Of a stretch of 64,000 nucleotides of DNA, positions 37,706 through 47,909 are shown piece after piece. This DNA is from Posidoniimonas corsicana (lineage in GTDB: Bacteria > Planctomycetota > Planctomycetia > Pirellulales > Lacipirellulaceae). The DNA lies in assembly GCF_007859765.1 (NCBI RefSeq), contig NZ_SIHJ01000001.1, positions 1,983,311-2,047,310 on the forward strand. The letters run 5' to 3'. Below the pieces are notes generated by a model that saw only the letters and a program-made list of their open reading frames with translations, ran no database searches and was not told where the DNA came from. The position numbers and the translations under genes are program-made. Position 1 is the stretch's first letter, and every line of letters begins with the position of its first letter.

Positions 37706-38044
37706 TTAGTGGTAATCTTCGATGCCCTTGATGACCAAAACGTTATTGTTCGGCCCACCCCGCTTCTCGATCTCAAAGATCAGGCGCCATTGTTTGTTGG
37801 TGCGAACTGAATGCTCGTGCTTCCGCTTGCCCTTCAGTCGTTCGTAATTGAGGCTGCGGAAACGCAGCAACTCCGTTTCATTGCTGACCTGCCGAAGCAC
37901 ATTCATCACTTTTCGGAAATCGCGCAGGCGCTTGCGATCGAGGGCGCCCCGGTACTCTGGGTTGCGCTCGGCGTCTTCTAAATCGCTGTCAACATGCCTT
38001 ACTTCCATGGCGTGCGATGGGGTGTTGATGCCTTTCAACCCCAA
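37706..38044 (-). CDS. higB: HigB-like (RelE/ParE superfamily) toxin.
   Basis: LKGKRKHEHSVRTNKQWRLIFEIEKRGG...VLVIKGIEDYH matches the HigB/killer-protein signature (LKG...S.RIN.QWR..F......I.I.DYH). Located 19 bp upstream of the XRE-ImmA gene on the same strand. Confidence 0.6.
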   Translation of the reverse strand: MGLKGINTPSHAMEVRHVDSDLEDAERNPEYRGALDRKRLRDFRKVMNVLRQVSNETELLRFRSLNYERLKGKRKHEHSVRTNKQWRLIFEIEKRGGPNNNVLVIKGIEDYH

Positions 38045-38143
38045 TTCTAGCGAACCTTATCGGCCTGTCAATATGCAATTGTGAAATGGTGTTTCACAAT
38101 TTCACATATTGACAATGCCTGACCGCTCAAGCATGCTGACGCC

Positions 38144-39031
38144 ATGAGAAAGTTAAGCACTGAAAAGCGAGCCATGATCCTCTCCGCCCTGGTCGAGGGG
38201 AGTTCCATCAACGCCACGGCCCGCATGGTCGGTGCGTCGAAGGTGACGGTGCTCCGGCTGCTGGCCGACGCGGGCACGTTCTGCGAGCAGTACCACAACA
38301 TCACCGTCCGGGATCTGCAATCGAAACGGGTTCAGGTGGACGAGATTTGGTCGTTCTGCGGCTGCAAGGACAAGGCGGTCGAGCGTGGCGCCGGCGGGCT
38401 GGGCAGCGTTTGGACCTGGACGGCTATCGACGCCGACAGCAAGCTCTGTGTGAGCTTCCTGGTGGGACTGCGGGACCAGCAAGACGCTATTGCGTTCTGC
38501 AAGGACGTTGCGGCTCGGCTGGCGAATCGCGTCCAGTTAACCAGCGATGGCCTTAATGCCTATCTGACGGCCGTTGACTTGGCTTTCGGCGGCAACATCG
38601 ACTACGCCCGTTTGGTCAAGATGTACGGCCAGACCCCGGACGGCGAGAAGCGTTACAGCCCGGCTGAGTGCATCGGATGCAGGCGCGAGGTTGCCGCAGG
38701 CCAGCCCGACCCGGAGCACATCAGCACCAGCTATGTCGAGCGGCAGAATCTGACGATGAGAATGAGCATTCGCAGATTTACGAGGCTGACCAATGCGTTC
38801 TCGAAGAAGATCGAGAACCACGCCCATGCGGTCGCCCTCCACTTTTTCCACTACAACTTCATCCGCAAGCACCAGACGCTAAAGACGACCCCCGCCGTGG
38901 CTGCGGGAATCGCCAATAAGGCTCTGACGGTGCTGGATTTGGTCAAGATGATCGAGGAAGAGGAGTCCAAGGTGGGCGGCCGGCTGACCGACTACCTGCC
39001 GGCGGCCTCAAAAGGCTCGGATTCAAAGTGA
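38144..39031 (+). CDS. IS1-family-like transposase.
   Basis: N-terminal HTH (SINATARMVGASKVTVLRLL) and a VQVDEIWSFCGCKDK DDE-region motif resembling the IS1 InsAB fusion. The family assignment is tentative. Confidence 0.5.
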   Translation: MRKLSTEKRAMILSALVEGSSINATARMVGASKVTVLRLLADAGTFCEQYHNITVRDLQSKRVQVDEIWSFCGCKDKAVERGAGGLGSVWTWTAIDADSKLCVSFLVGLRDQQDAIAFCKDVAARLANRVQLTSDGLNAYLTAVDLAFGGNIDYARLVKMYGQTPDGEKRYSPAECIGCRREVAAGQPDPEHISTSYVERQNLTMRMSIRRFTRLTNAFSKKIENHAHAVALHFFHYNFIRKHQTLKTTPAVAAGIANKALTVLDLVKMIEEEESKVGGRLTDYLPAASKGSDSK

Positions 39032-39151
39032 ACCACTACCGGAATCACTGAAATTTGACATCGCGGGCCTCATCAGGTAGGGTGTCCCGCTGCGGATGGA
39101 ATCGTTCGACTCCCGCGAGACGCCCGTGGCCGTCTCGCCAGCCTCTGGGAG

Positions 39152-42100
39152 ATGTTCGAAGTGCGATCCCACCCACTGTTGGCCCGCCTGCACCCACTCT
39201 GCTGGGCGGCCGCGGTTCTTCTCGCATCGGCCCCCTCTCCCTCGGGGGCGGAAGACTTCCTCTGGGACCCGGGCGTCGGCCTCAGTGATTTCGACGATCC
39301 GGTCAGTTGGTTCGACTCCCTAACCGCGCCGACCGTGGGCGATGACGCCACGTTTGGCAATTCTTCTAGCGCGAACTTCGCGGTCGATGGCGCCGTCGAC
39401 TCGGTCACGATCGACGAGAGCGTCGCGTTCGTCTTCCAAGCCAACAGCGGCGTCCGTACCCTCACGTTGGACGATTTCTTCCTGGAAGCGTCGTCCAGCC
39501 TACAGCTCAACGACGTGGGCCTCGTCGTCTCGGGAACCGTCCTCGGGATGGGGGTGGAGGACGCCAAGCTTGAGCTCCGCGAGCAGGCCAGCGTCACCGG
39601 CGGTGTGATCGAAGGCGTGCAGGTGCTCATGAGCGACGCGACCGCCCTTCTGGACGGCGTCGAGCTGCAGAACTCGCAAGTTCAGCGGACCGAAAACGGG
39701 GCGCCGTCGATCTTGGATGGCGTCACGATCGGGCCGAACGTCACGCTCTCGGGCAACTCCGGGACCACGCTGCAACTCGACGGCACGACTACCTTCGTTG
39801 GCGACGCGGAGCTGACGACCTCGCCCAGCTTGACCGCGGTCCTCAACGGGCCGCTGGAGGGCGCCGGCGACAGCCACCTGATCACCAACTTCGGAGAGCT
39901 CCAAACCGCACCGCTGACTAGCCCAAACATCAGCTTTGACGACTCCCCGGGGGTCAGTCAGTCGCTCACAATCGACAACGTGTCGGGCGTGATAGACATC
40001 ATCCCCGCGTCGTCGCTCGTCGTCGGTGACGGCGAGCTGGTTATCCAGGGGGGCGTGATCGAGGGTGGCGGGAATCTGCGTGCGGCCAGCGCCGGCGCCG
40101 ACCTGGTCGTCGACGGCGCGGCCGTGATCGACGGCGTGTCGGTCCAAGTGTTCAATGGCGCGTCGCTGTCGCTTGGCGTCGGCGTGACGCTGCAGTCGGC
40201 CGATGTCGAGGTTCGAGACGGGTCCACCGGCGACGTCCCCTCCGGCTTTACGATCGGCGCGGGGTCGTCGTACCGGTCGACCCGAGGCGGCGTTGTCGCG
40301 ATCGGCCCCACGATCACCAACGACGGCTCGCTGAACGCCGAACGGGCGACGCTTCGCGTGGTCGGTGACACGACGATCGACGGCGTAGGAACGACCACGC
40401 TGACGTCCGCCGGCGTTCTCGGCGTCGCGCCACGCATCGAGCTCGCGGGCGGCGGATCGTTGACCGTGGGCGCCGACCAGACGCTGCTCTTCAACACCCC
40501 CGACGACGGTTACCTGTACGGGACCGGTTCGGGGGGCCTGACCTTGACAAACGATGGCCTCGTGCAAGTCGGAGTGAACGGGCGAGCCACCGTGCTGCTG
40601 TCGGACAACGCGGCTTCGCCGATCCCCGCGGCGACCTTGCAAGACTTCACGCTGGAGAACCGGGGCGAGTTGCTGCTGGAGAGCGATTCGCGACTCACGC
40701 TGCAGAGCGACTCGTCGACCGCGTCGACGCCGGTCACCACGGTCGACAACGTAGGGGGCGTCATCACGCTCAGTCCCGGCGCGGAGTTGGTCTTCGACCA
40801 ACCCAACTTCACGAGCGAGGTCGTGCTGCAAGGAGGGCTGATCACCGGCGGCGGCGCCGCGCGTTCCTCGGGGGGGGACTTGCTGATCAACGGTGCCGCG
40901 GTGGTCGACGGCGCGACGATCGCGGTGGAGTACGGCGCAGCGCTGACCCTCGGCCCCGGCGTGACGCTCCAAGCGGCCGACATCGCGATCGGCCAGGACT
41001 CGACCTACGCGCTACAGGACGGTCTCGTGGTCGATGCCGGAACGACCTACCGGTCGTACGACAGCGGTGAACTAACAGTTGGCCCAAGCCTGACGAACAA
41101 CGGCACGGTGCTCGCCGACCGAGCCTTGCTCCGTTTCGTAGGCGATTCGGCGATCAACGGAACCGGTACGACCACGGTGTCGGGGACGGTGGGCCCATCT
41201 GGCCAGGCCTTTCAACCACGGATCGAGATCGCCGGTGGCGGCTCGCTAACGATCGGCGCGGACCAGACGCTGCAGTTCGGCGAGTTCGGGCAGCAGTACG
41301 TGTACGGCTCCGGCTCGGGGGGGGTGACGCTGGTGAACGACGGCCTGGTGCAGCTCGACCAGTTCGCCACCGTGACGCTCTTGCAAAGTGACACGAGCTT
41401 CTTCGCCCCGGACGCCACCCTCCAAGATTTCACGCTGGTAAACAACGGGGAGGTGATGATCGGGAGCAGCTCGCGGCTGGTGTTTCATGCCGAAGACGTC
41501 GACGGCCTGACGCCGGTCGCGACCACGATCGACAACCGCAACGGCGTGATATCGCTGGAGTTCTCGGAGCTGCGTTTCGAGCAATCGGGGTTCCCGACCG
41601 ACGTGACGCTCCGCGGCGGGCAGATCGTCGGCTCGACCACAGAACCCGTGACGTTCGAGCAAGTTATCGTCGCGGAAGACTCCTCGCTGCTACTGACCGA
41701 CTCGCCGACGCTCACCAACGTCTTGCTCCAAGTGCAGGACGATGGAACCCTATCGATCGACGGCGACCTGACCAACGACGGCGTCGTGCGGGTCGACAGC
41801 GGATTACTCCGCTTCGTGAATGACTCGGCCCTGAACGGGACCGGGACTGCCGAGCTGAATTCGAATTCGAGTCTAGAGCTCTCGGGTGGCGGCTCGCTAA
41901 CGATCGGCGCGGACCAGACGCTGCAGTTCGGCGAGTTCGGGCAGCAGTACGTGTACGGCTCCGGCTCGGGGGGGGTGACGCTGGTGAACGACGGCCTGGT
42001 GCAGCTCGACCAGTTCGCCACCGTGACGCTCTTGCAAAGTGACACGAGCTTCTTCGCCCCGGACGCCACCCTCCAAGATTTCACGCTGGTAAACAACGGG

Positions 42101-45100
42101 GAGGTGATGATCGGGAGCAGCTCGCGGCTGGTGTTTCATGCCGAAGACGTCGACGGCCTGACGCCGGTCGCGACCACGATCGACAACCGCAACGGCGTGA
42201 TATCGCTGGAGTTCTCGGAGCTGCGTTTCGAGCAATCGGGGTTCCCGACCGACGTGACGCTCCGCGGCGGGCAGATCGTCGGCTCGACCACAGAACCCGT
42301 GACGTTCGAGCAAGTTATCGTCGCGGAAGACTCCTCGCTGCTACTGACCGACTCGCCGACGCTCACCAACGTCTTGCTCCAAGTGCGGAACGATGGAACC
42401 CTCTCGATCGATGGCTCGTTCACTGCCAACGCCAACGCGCGGTTCACCGGAGGTCGCCTCAACGCGGTCGGCGGCGAGTGGCTCGGGACCGGTGAGGTTC
42501 TCTTCGAGGAGGCCGGGCTCTTCGCGCCGGCGCGGATCTTCTCTACCACCGGCGGCGCGATCCGGTTCGGAGCCGGGCAACAGGTCCGCATCACCAACGG
42601 GACCACCGAGCTCTCGGGCGCGACAATCGCGGGCTCCCTTGCCAACAGCGCCGGGTCGCTCACCGTCGAGTCGGGCGGAACGCTGCGGGTCGAATCCGCG
42701 CCCGCAGCGATCGACGACGTCGCCCTGAACGTGGCCGGCGTGCTCGACGCCCAAGCCATCCTGACCGCCACCGTGCCTATCCCGGTCGCCGCAGGCGGCG
42801 AGCTGCGCGTTGACACGGGGGCGACGGTCACGGCCCCCAGCGTGACAATCGACTCGGGCGGCGTGCTCACGCTCGCGGGCGGCGTGCTCGACACGCCGTC
42901 GTTTGTGCTGGGCGGCTCCGCGGCCGGATCTGGCACGATCGTTACGCCGAACAGTTCTGCTACTCCGGCCCAGATCGCGGCGCCGATCACGGGGACGAGC
43001 GCCGCCGAGCCGATCACCCTCACGGGCTGGATCGAGGGAGACGGCCTCCTCGACAACGTGCTTTTCGAGGGGACCCACTCGCCGGGCGACGGGACCGCGT
43101 TCACCACGGCCGGCTCGCTGGCCTACGCGCCTGGATCGGACTTGCGGATTGAGATCACCAACCAGAACGTGCTCAACCCCGGGTTCGACCGCCTGGTCTC
43201 GACCGGCAGCGTTTCGCTCGGCGGCGACCTCGACCTTCAACTAGTCGACTACGTCGAGAACACGCTCAGCATCAACGATCAACTTGTGCTGCTCACGTCC
43301 GACGGCCTGAGCGGCACGTTTGCCAACGTGGCTCCGGGCGATCGCGTGCTGTTCGATGGCGGCCTCGCGTCGGCCCAAATCGACTACGGCCCGACCAGCC
43401 CGTTCAACCCCGACCACGTGGTCTTCTCTGAGTTCGTCCGCGAGCCGCAGCAAATCTTCTGGGTAGGGGGGAGCTCGAATTGGAACTCGGTCCTGAACTG
43501 GGACCTGCTCCGTGTTCCCAACAACGACGGTTCGCTGAAGTACCACGCGATCATCAATGCCGGAACCGTCGACGTCGATGTGCCGGTCACGCTTAGTCGC
43601 CTGACGCTGAACAACGTTGGCAGCACATTGACGCTCAACCAGACGATGACCGTCGAGGACTTCACCTGGACCGCGGCCCACCTCGGCGGGACGAATGCGC
43701 TGACCATCACCGGCCAGAGCACCTTCGACACGACAAGCCAGTTGAACACCGGTCCGGGGCTCATCAACCAAGGGACCGCGACCTGGGTCGACGGCGACTT
43801 CACCGGCACGTTCAACCAGCAGTACTTCGTCAACCAGGGCGAGTTCGTTATCGAACTCGTTGACGATCACAGCTTCCAGTACTTCCGGAACACCGCGACC
43901 GGCCTGATCCGCCACACGGGGACCGCTCGGGCGACGCTTGGCGCGAACACCGGCTTCGAGAACGACGGCCAAGTCGAGATCACCGGCGGGGGCACGCTTC
44001 GAGTCGGCCGAGACTTCGACAACGGCAGCGACGGCGACTTCGTGATCACGGACGGGGTGCTGGAGTCGAGCGTCGGTTTCGGCGCCGACCACAAGTACAA
44101 CGGCAGCGTCACGGGCGAGGAGTTCCGCGCGTTGGCGGGGACCACTTCGTTCAACGGCGCGTACGACGTCGACACCACGGAGATCAACAGCGCGACCACC
44201 TTCAACACCCCGACGCCGGCCGTGACCGACACGCTGACGATCAACGCGGGGACCGTCATGGTTGGAACGACGCTCACCGTGGACCAGCTCACCTGGAACG
44301 GCGGCGGCTTCGCCACGGCGGCCGGCGAGACGGTGCTCACCACCTCGGGCGTGATCGACACCCCCGTTGGCAAGACCCTGACCGGCCGGGTCGTGAACCA
44401 GGGCGCACTGACTTGGCTAGACGGGGGCTTCTCCGACAACCAGAACGGCGTCATCCAGAACGAGGGTACGTTCTCGATCGGCTTGGCTACCGAGAGGTCG
44501 CTCCGCTACGTCTACAACACCGCAACCGGGGTTGTCCGCCACACGAATGGCGTGCGAGCGAACGTGGGCGTCAACGGCGGCTTCGAGAACGACGGCCAAG
44601 TCGAGATCACCGGCGGGGGAGCGCTGCGGATCGGTCGCGACCGCACCAACGGCAGCGACGGCGATTTCGTGATCACGGACGGGGTGCTGGAGTCGAGCGT
44701 CGGTTTCGGCGCCGACCACAAGTACAACGGCAGCGTCACGGGCGAGGAGTTCCGCGCGTTGGCGGGGACCACTTCGTTCAACGGCGCGTACGACGTCGAC
44801 ACCACGGAGATCAACAGCGCGACCACCTTCAACACCCCGACGCCGGCCGTGACCGACACGCTGACCCTCAACGCGGGCGAGATCAAGGTCGAGACCGAGT
44901 TCGTGGCCGACCAGATCAACTGGACCGGCGGCGGTTTCGGCACATCAACGGGGCAGCCGGTCCTGACCGGGCAAGGCGTCATCAGCGGCCCCGACGGCAA
45001 GGTCATCAAGTCAACGCTGATCAACCAAGGCGCCCTGACCTGGACCGACGGCGCGCTCGGCTCGGGAGCCTACACCGCAGCTCGGCTCCGCAACGAGGGC

Positions 45101-46294
45101 CTCTTCACGATGGACCTCGTCACGCCTCGGAGCATCGTCCGGCTGGAGAATCCGGGCGGCGGCGAAGTCCAGAACACCGGCGCCGCCGCGACGATCAACT
45201 GGTTCGCCAACGGCGGCACGCTCGACGTGATCGCGTCGTCGGTGACTGTTGGCGGAAACTTCGATAACCACTCGGGGACCACCCTCACCGGTGGCGAGTG
45301 GATCGTTCGTGACGGCGCAGCGATCAACCTGGGCGCGCGGACGATCACTATCAACAACTCCGCGGTCCGCTTGCACGGCCCCGGGTCGGTGCTGACCGCG
45401 ATCGATCCCTTGGCCGAGAACCTCGGCGTGTTCGAGATCGCCGAGGGCCGCGACTTCACCACCGTGGGCGACCTGGCCAACAGCGGCGCCGTTGTCATCG
45501 GAGCCGGCAGCACGCTGACGGTCTCGGGCGTGTACACCCAAACGGGCGCCGGCAGCTCGCTGCAGGTCGACGGCGAGTTCATCTCGCCGGGCGGCCCGGC
45601 GACGTTCGCGGGCGGCGCCGAGCTGGGTGGCGGCGGGTTCGTGCCGGGCGACGTGGTGATCGGCGTCGATGGCGTGGTGACGCCCGGGTCGAGCCCCGGG
45701 ACGCTGACGGTCGAGAGCCTCCAATTCGGCGACGACGCCGTGTACGAGTGGGAGTACGACGGAACCGAGTCCGATTCGATCGTGGCTAGCAACAGCCTGA
45801 CGCTCGGCGCCTCCGCGACGCTACGCATCGTGCAACTCGGCGGGGCGCCGAGTTTGTCGGACGAGTTCGTTCTTTTTGAGTACCCCGAGTCGCAGGCCGA
45901 TCCGACGAACCCCGCTTGGACGATCGACGGCTCGCTCGCGCCCGACTGGGACGTGTCGTCGGCCACCGTGACGCTCGACCCGATTGCGAACCAGGTCTTG
46001 GTCAGCGGGCTCGTAACCGTGCTCAACCCGGCCGACTTCAATGCCGATGGGTTAGTCGACGCGGCCGACTACACCCTCTGGCGGGACAGCCTCGATCAAC
46101 AGGTCGCCCCATTCACGTCGGCCGACGCGGACGGCGACGGCCACGTCACCCAATCGGACTACCTGGTTTGGCGCACGAACTACGGCGCCACCGGCGTATT
46201 GGCTTCCCCCGCTGCAGTCCCGGAGCCAGGGGGCCTCGCCCTCTCCTGCTTGCTTTGCCTCTCCGCGCAGTTGCGGTCGCGGAGCTCCCGGTGA
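39152..46294 (+). CDS. Giant (2380 aa) secreted beta-helix/autotransporter-repeat surface protein with a C-terminal dockerin-like segment and PEP-CTERM anchor.
   Basis: Signal peptide LARLHPLCWAAAVLLASA. Repetitive GGG(S/T)LTIGADQTL...NDG modules. C-terminal FNADGLVDAADYTLWRD...DADGDGHVTQSDYLVWR followed by VPEPGGLALSCLLCLSAQLRSRSSR (PEP-CTERM). Confidence 0.75.
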   Translation: MFEVRSHPLLARLHPLCWAAAVLLASAPSPSGAEDFLWDPGVGLSDFDDPVSWFDSLTAPTVGDDATFGNSSSANFAVDGAVDSVTIDESVAFVFQANSGVRTLTLDDFFLEASSSLQLNDVGLVVSGTVLGMGVEDAKLELREQASVTGGVIEGVQVLMSDATALLDGVELQNSQVQRTENGAPSILDGVTIGPNVTLSGNSGTTLQLDGTTTFVGDAELTTSPSLTAVLNGPLEGAGDSHLITNFGELQTAPLTSPNISFDDSPGVSQSLTIDNVSGVIDIIPASSLVVGDGELVIQGGVIEGGGNLRAASAGADLVVDGAAVIDGVSVQVFNGASLSLGVGVTLQSADVEVRDGSTGDVPSGFTIGAGSSYRSTRGGVVAIGPTITNDGSLNAERATLRVVGDTTIDGVGTTTLTSAGVLGVAPRIELAGGGSLTVGADQTLLFNTPDDGYLYGTGSGGLTLTNDGLVQVGVNGRATVLLSDNAASPIPAATLQDFTLENRGELLLESDSRLTLQSDSSTASTPVTTVDNVGGVITLSPGAELVFDQPNFTSEVVLQGGLITGGGAARSSGGDLLINGAAVVDGATIAVEYGAALTLGPGVTLQAADIAIGQDSTYALQDGLVVDAGTTYRSYDSGELTVGPSLTNNGTVLADRALLRFVGDSAINGTGTTTVSGTVGPSGQAFQPRIEIAGGGSLTIGADQTLQFGEFGQQYVYGSGSGGVTLVNDGLVQLDQFATVTLLQSDTSFFAPDATLQDFTLVNNGEVMIGSSSRLVFHAEDVDGLTPVATTIDNRNGVISLEFSELRFEQSGFPTDVTLRGGQIVGSTTEPVTFEQVIVAEDSSLLLTDSPTLTNVLLQVQDDGTLSIDGDLTNDGVVRVDSGLLRFVNDSALNGTGTAELNSNSSLELSGGGSLTIGADQTLQFGEFGQQYVYGSGSGGVTLVNDGLVQLDQFATVTLLQSDTSFFAPDATLQDFTLVNNGEVMIGSSSRLVFHAEDVDGLTPVATTIDNRNGVISLEFSELRFEQSGFPTDVTLRGGQIVGSTTEPVTFEQVIVAEDSSLLLTDSPTLTNVLLQVRNDGTLSIDGSFTANANARFTGGRLNAVGGEWLGTGEVLFEEAGLFAPARIFSTTGGAIRFGAGQQVRITNGTTELSGATIAGSLANSAGSLTVESGGTLRVESAPAAIDDVALNVAGVLDAQAILTATVPIPVAAGGELRVDTGATVTAPSVTIDSGGVLTLAGGVLDTPSFVLGGSAAGSGTIVTPNSSATPAQIAAPITGTSAAEPITLTGWIEGDGLLDNVLFEGTHSPGDGTAFTTAGSLAYAPGSDLRIEITNQNVLNPGFDRLVSTGSVSLGGDLDLQLVDYVENTLSINDQLVLLTSDGLSGTFANVAPGDRVLFDGGLASAQIDYGPTSPFNPDHVVFSEFVREPQQIFWVGGSSNWNSVLNWDLLRVPNNDGSLKYHAIINAGTVDVDVPVTLSRLTLNNVGSTLTLNQTMTVEDFTWTAAHLGGTNALTITGQSTFDTTSQLNTGPGLINQGTATWVDGDFTGTFNQQYFVNQGEFVIELVDDHSFQYFRNTATGLIRHTGTARATLGANTGFENDGQVEITGGGTLRVGRDFDNGSDGDFVITDGVLESSVGFGADHKYNGSVTGEEFRALAGTTSFNGAYDVDTTEINSATTFNTPTPAVTDTLTINAGTVMVGTTLTVDQLTWNGGGFATAAGETVLTTSGVIDTPVGKTLTGRVVNQGALTWLDGGFSDNQNGVIQNEGTFSIGLATERSLRYVYNTATGVVRHTNGVRANVGVNGGFENDGQVEITGGGALRIGRDRTNGSDGDFVITDGVLESSVGFGADHKYNGSVTGEEFRALAGTTSFNGAYDVDTTEINSATTFNTPTPAVTDTLTLNAGEIKVETEFVADQINWTGGGFGTSTGQPVLTGQGVISGPDGKVIKSTLINQGALTWTDGALGSGAYTAARLRNEGLFTMDLVTPRSIVRLENPGGGEVQNTGAAATINWFANGGTLDVIASSVTVGGNFDNHSGTTLTGGEWIVRDGAAINLGARTITINNSAVRLHGPGSVLTAIDPLAENLGVFEIAEGRDFTTVGDLANSGAVVIGAGSTLTVSGVYTQTGAGSSLQVDGEFISPGGPATFAGGAELGGGGFVPGDVVIGVDGVVTPGSSPGTLTVESLQFGDDAVYEWEYDGTESDSIVASNSLTLGASATLRIVQLGGAPSLSDEFVLFEYPESQADPTNPAWTIDGSLAPDWDVSSATVTLDPIANQVLVSGLVTVLNPADFNADGLVDAADYTLWRDSLDQQVAPFTSADADGDGHVTQSDYLVWRTNYGATGVLASPAAVPEPGGLALSCLLCLSAQLRSRSSR
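41233..42401 (+). repeat. Exact tandem duplication (unit ~651 bp, about 518 bp virtually identical) inside the giant PEP-CTERM gene.
   Basis: Antisense ORFs 41246-41662 and 41897-42313 have identical translations at a 651-nt offset. The protein segment GGGSLTIGADQTLQFGEF...LLQV(Q/R)NDGTLSIDG appears twice in succession. Confidence 0.8.
43959..44867 (+). repeat. Second internal tandem repeat (period ~627 bp) in the same gene, with an identical ~215 bp core.
   Basis: Segment GSDGDFVITDGVLESSVGFGADHKYNGSVTGEEFRALAGTTSFNGAYDVDTTEINSATTFNTPTPAVTDTLT appears twice. Nucleotide cores at ~44023-44235 and ~44650-44862 are identical. Confidence 0.7.
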
Positions 46295-46376
46295 GCTGCC
46301 AGTCACTCTTCCGTCACGGCGGAGCACTCCACGGATGCCGTATGGTCCAATAACTCCAACGAGCTATCGTTCTAGA

Positions 46377-46697
46377 TCATTCGCTGCTGTTGGTTTCGCT
46401 TGTTCCGCGTGACAGGGTAGCCTCGGGACCGTACGCCGAGATCCTGTCAAGCGTCTCCCTGTCCATCCCTTCCGCCAGCCGCTCCAGCTTGGCTCGTTCC
46501 TCTTCCGAGAGCCGGATCGGCTCTCCGGTCTCACGCTCGATCTGCTCCTTCAGACGCCGCGTCTCTTCGATGCGTCGAGCGATCTCACGCTCGATCATTC
46601 TTTCCGCCCAACGTCTCAACCAACCGATCATGGCGATTCTCCTCAGGCGGCCATCCAGTGGTAGTGCTTGAGCATCCCGCCAAGCCGCTCGCGACAC
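46377..46697 (-). CDS. Hypothetical small protein overlapping the 3' end of the transposase gene.
   Basis: ORF only. Arg/Glu-rich coiled-coil-like sequence. May not be a genuine gene. Confidence 0.2.
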   Translation of the reverse strand: MSRAAWRDAQALPLDGRLRRIAMIGWLRRWAERMIEREIARRIEETRRLKEQIERETGEPIRLSEEERAKLERLAEGMDRETLDRISAYGPEATLSRGTSETNSSE

Positions 46698-47722
46698 TGG
46701 ACTACACCGTCCGGCGGCTGCTCGTCAGGCTCTTCGATCAACCGGTTCTCGATTCCCTGGTTATTGCGTTCGGTGTGGTAGTGCTCCAGGTATTGCCGAA
46801 TCGCGTTTCGAAGCGAGCCCTCGCCGAAGAAGATCATCCGGTCGAGACACTCCTCCTTGAGGCTCCGCATGAATCGCTCGACGTAGGCGTTCAGGTTCGG
46901 CGTCTTCGGCGGCAGCCGCAGTGCATGCACGCCGCCCAGGCTCAGCGTGTGGCGGAACGCGGCGGAGAACTTCGTGTCCCGGTCCATTAGCAGCAACTTG
47001 GAGTCCTTGAGGAAGCCGTCCTCGTCATCGATCAGGTTCCTCGCGACCTGCTGCATCCAGGCGTCGTTCGGGGAAGTCGTCAGGCCGGCGAAGGTGACCC
47101 GACGCGACTTCAGCTCGATCACGAACAAGGCGTAGAACGTGATCAGGCCTCTTGGAGTCCATACTTCAACGCTAGTGAAATCGACCGCTGAGAGCTGGTC
47201 CCAATGCGCCTTCAAGAACTCCTTCCAAGGCGTTCGTTTCCTACGGATCGGAGCCGGCTCTAAGCCGTTGGCCTTCATGACATTGGCGACCGTCGATTCC
47301 GAGACGTCGTGGCCCAGGTTGGCTAGCGCTCCCTGAATCCGCCGGTAGCCCCACGACCGATTCTGCTTCGCGAACCGCACGATCAACTTCGTCACTTCTT
47401 CGGATACCGGCGGCCGCCCGGCCCTCATGCGTCGCTGGCTGTAGTCCCACTTCTGAGCCACCAGTTGGCGGTGCCAACGCAGAATGGTGTCAGGCGTGAA
47501 GAGGGTCGTGATTGACTCGAGGCCCTTCCTCCCCAGCTCCTTCCCCTTCACGGCCAGCCTTCTTCGCTGGTCATCCGTCAGCAGGATGCGTTTCTTGTGA
47601 ACCTGCTCTCGCAAAACCCGATTCTCGGCACAGAGGTACTCGATCACCAACTGCTGCTGACGATTCACCCAGCCAACCGCCCAGATGAAGGCGACATGCC
47701 AAGGTTGCAGAGACGTGGTCAT
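46643..47722 (-). CDS. IS481-family transposase (third, divergent copy).
   Basis: HTH + rve architecture. C-terminal VVQCRERLGGMLKHYH parallels VVCRERLGGVLKCYE of the other copies. DDE region LMDRDTKFSAAFRH...YVERFMRSLKEECL. Confidence 0.7.
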   Translation of the reverse strand: MTTSLQPWHVAFIWAVGWVNRQQQLVIEYLCAENRVLREQVHKKRILLTDDQRRRLAVKGKELGRKGLESITTLFTPDTILRWHRQLVAQKWDYSQRRMRAGRPPVSEEVTKLIVRFAKQNRSWGYRRIQGALANLGHDVSESTVANVMKANGLEPAPIRRKRTPWKEFLKAHWDQLSAVDFTSVEVWTPRGLITFYALFVIELKSRRVTFAGLTTSPNDAWMQQVARNLIDDEDGFLKDSKLLLMDRDTKFSAAFRHTLSLGGVHALRLPPKTPNLNAYVERFMRSLKEECLDRMIFFGEGSLRNAIRQYLEHYHTERNNQGIENRLIEEPDEQPPDGVVQCRERLGGMLKHYHWMAA

Positions 47723-47909
47723 GCGGGCTCCTGGCGAAACGTGCTCGGAGCCCCCAATCTACCCGATTCTCGACCGGGATTCTCGGTCGAGATCGCTGGA
47801 CTCGGCGGTCCACAAAGCCTGCAAATCAAGGCGTTTCGCGTCGGCTGAGTTTTTGGACCATACGCCCTGCTGCAGGCGGCGACGCAGCTGCTTGACGGTG
47901 AGCAGGGAC

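Noticed and set aside
39500-46041. Long antisense ORFs (39500-40972, 42136-43107, 43241-44092, 45070-46041) inside the 2380 aa surface-protein gene.
   Set aside because: Same GC artefact. The identical antisense ORF pairs merely mirror the tandem duplication on the sense strand.
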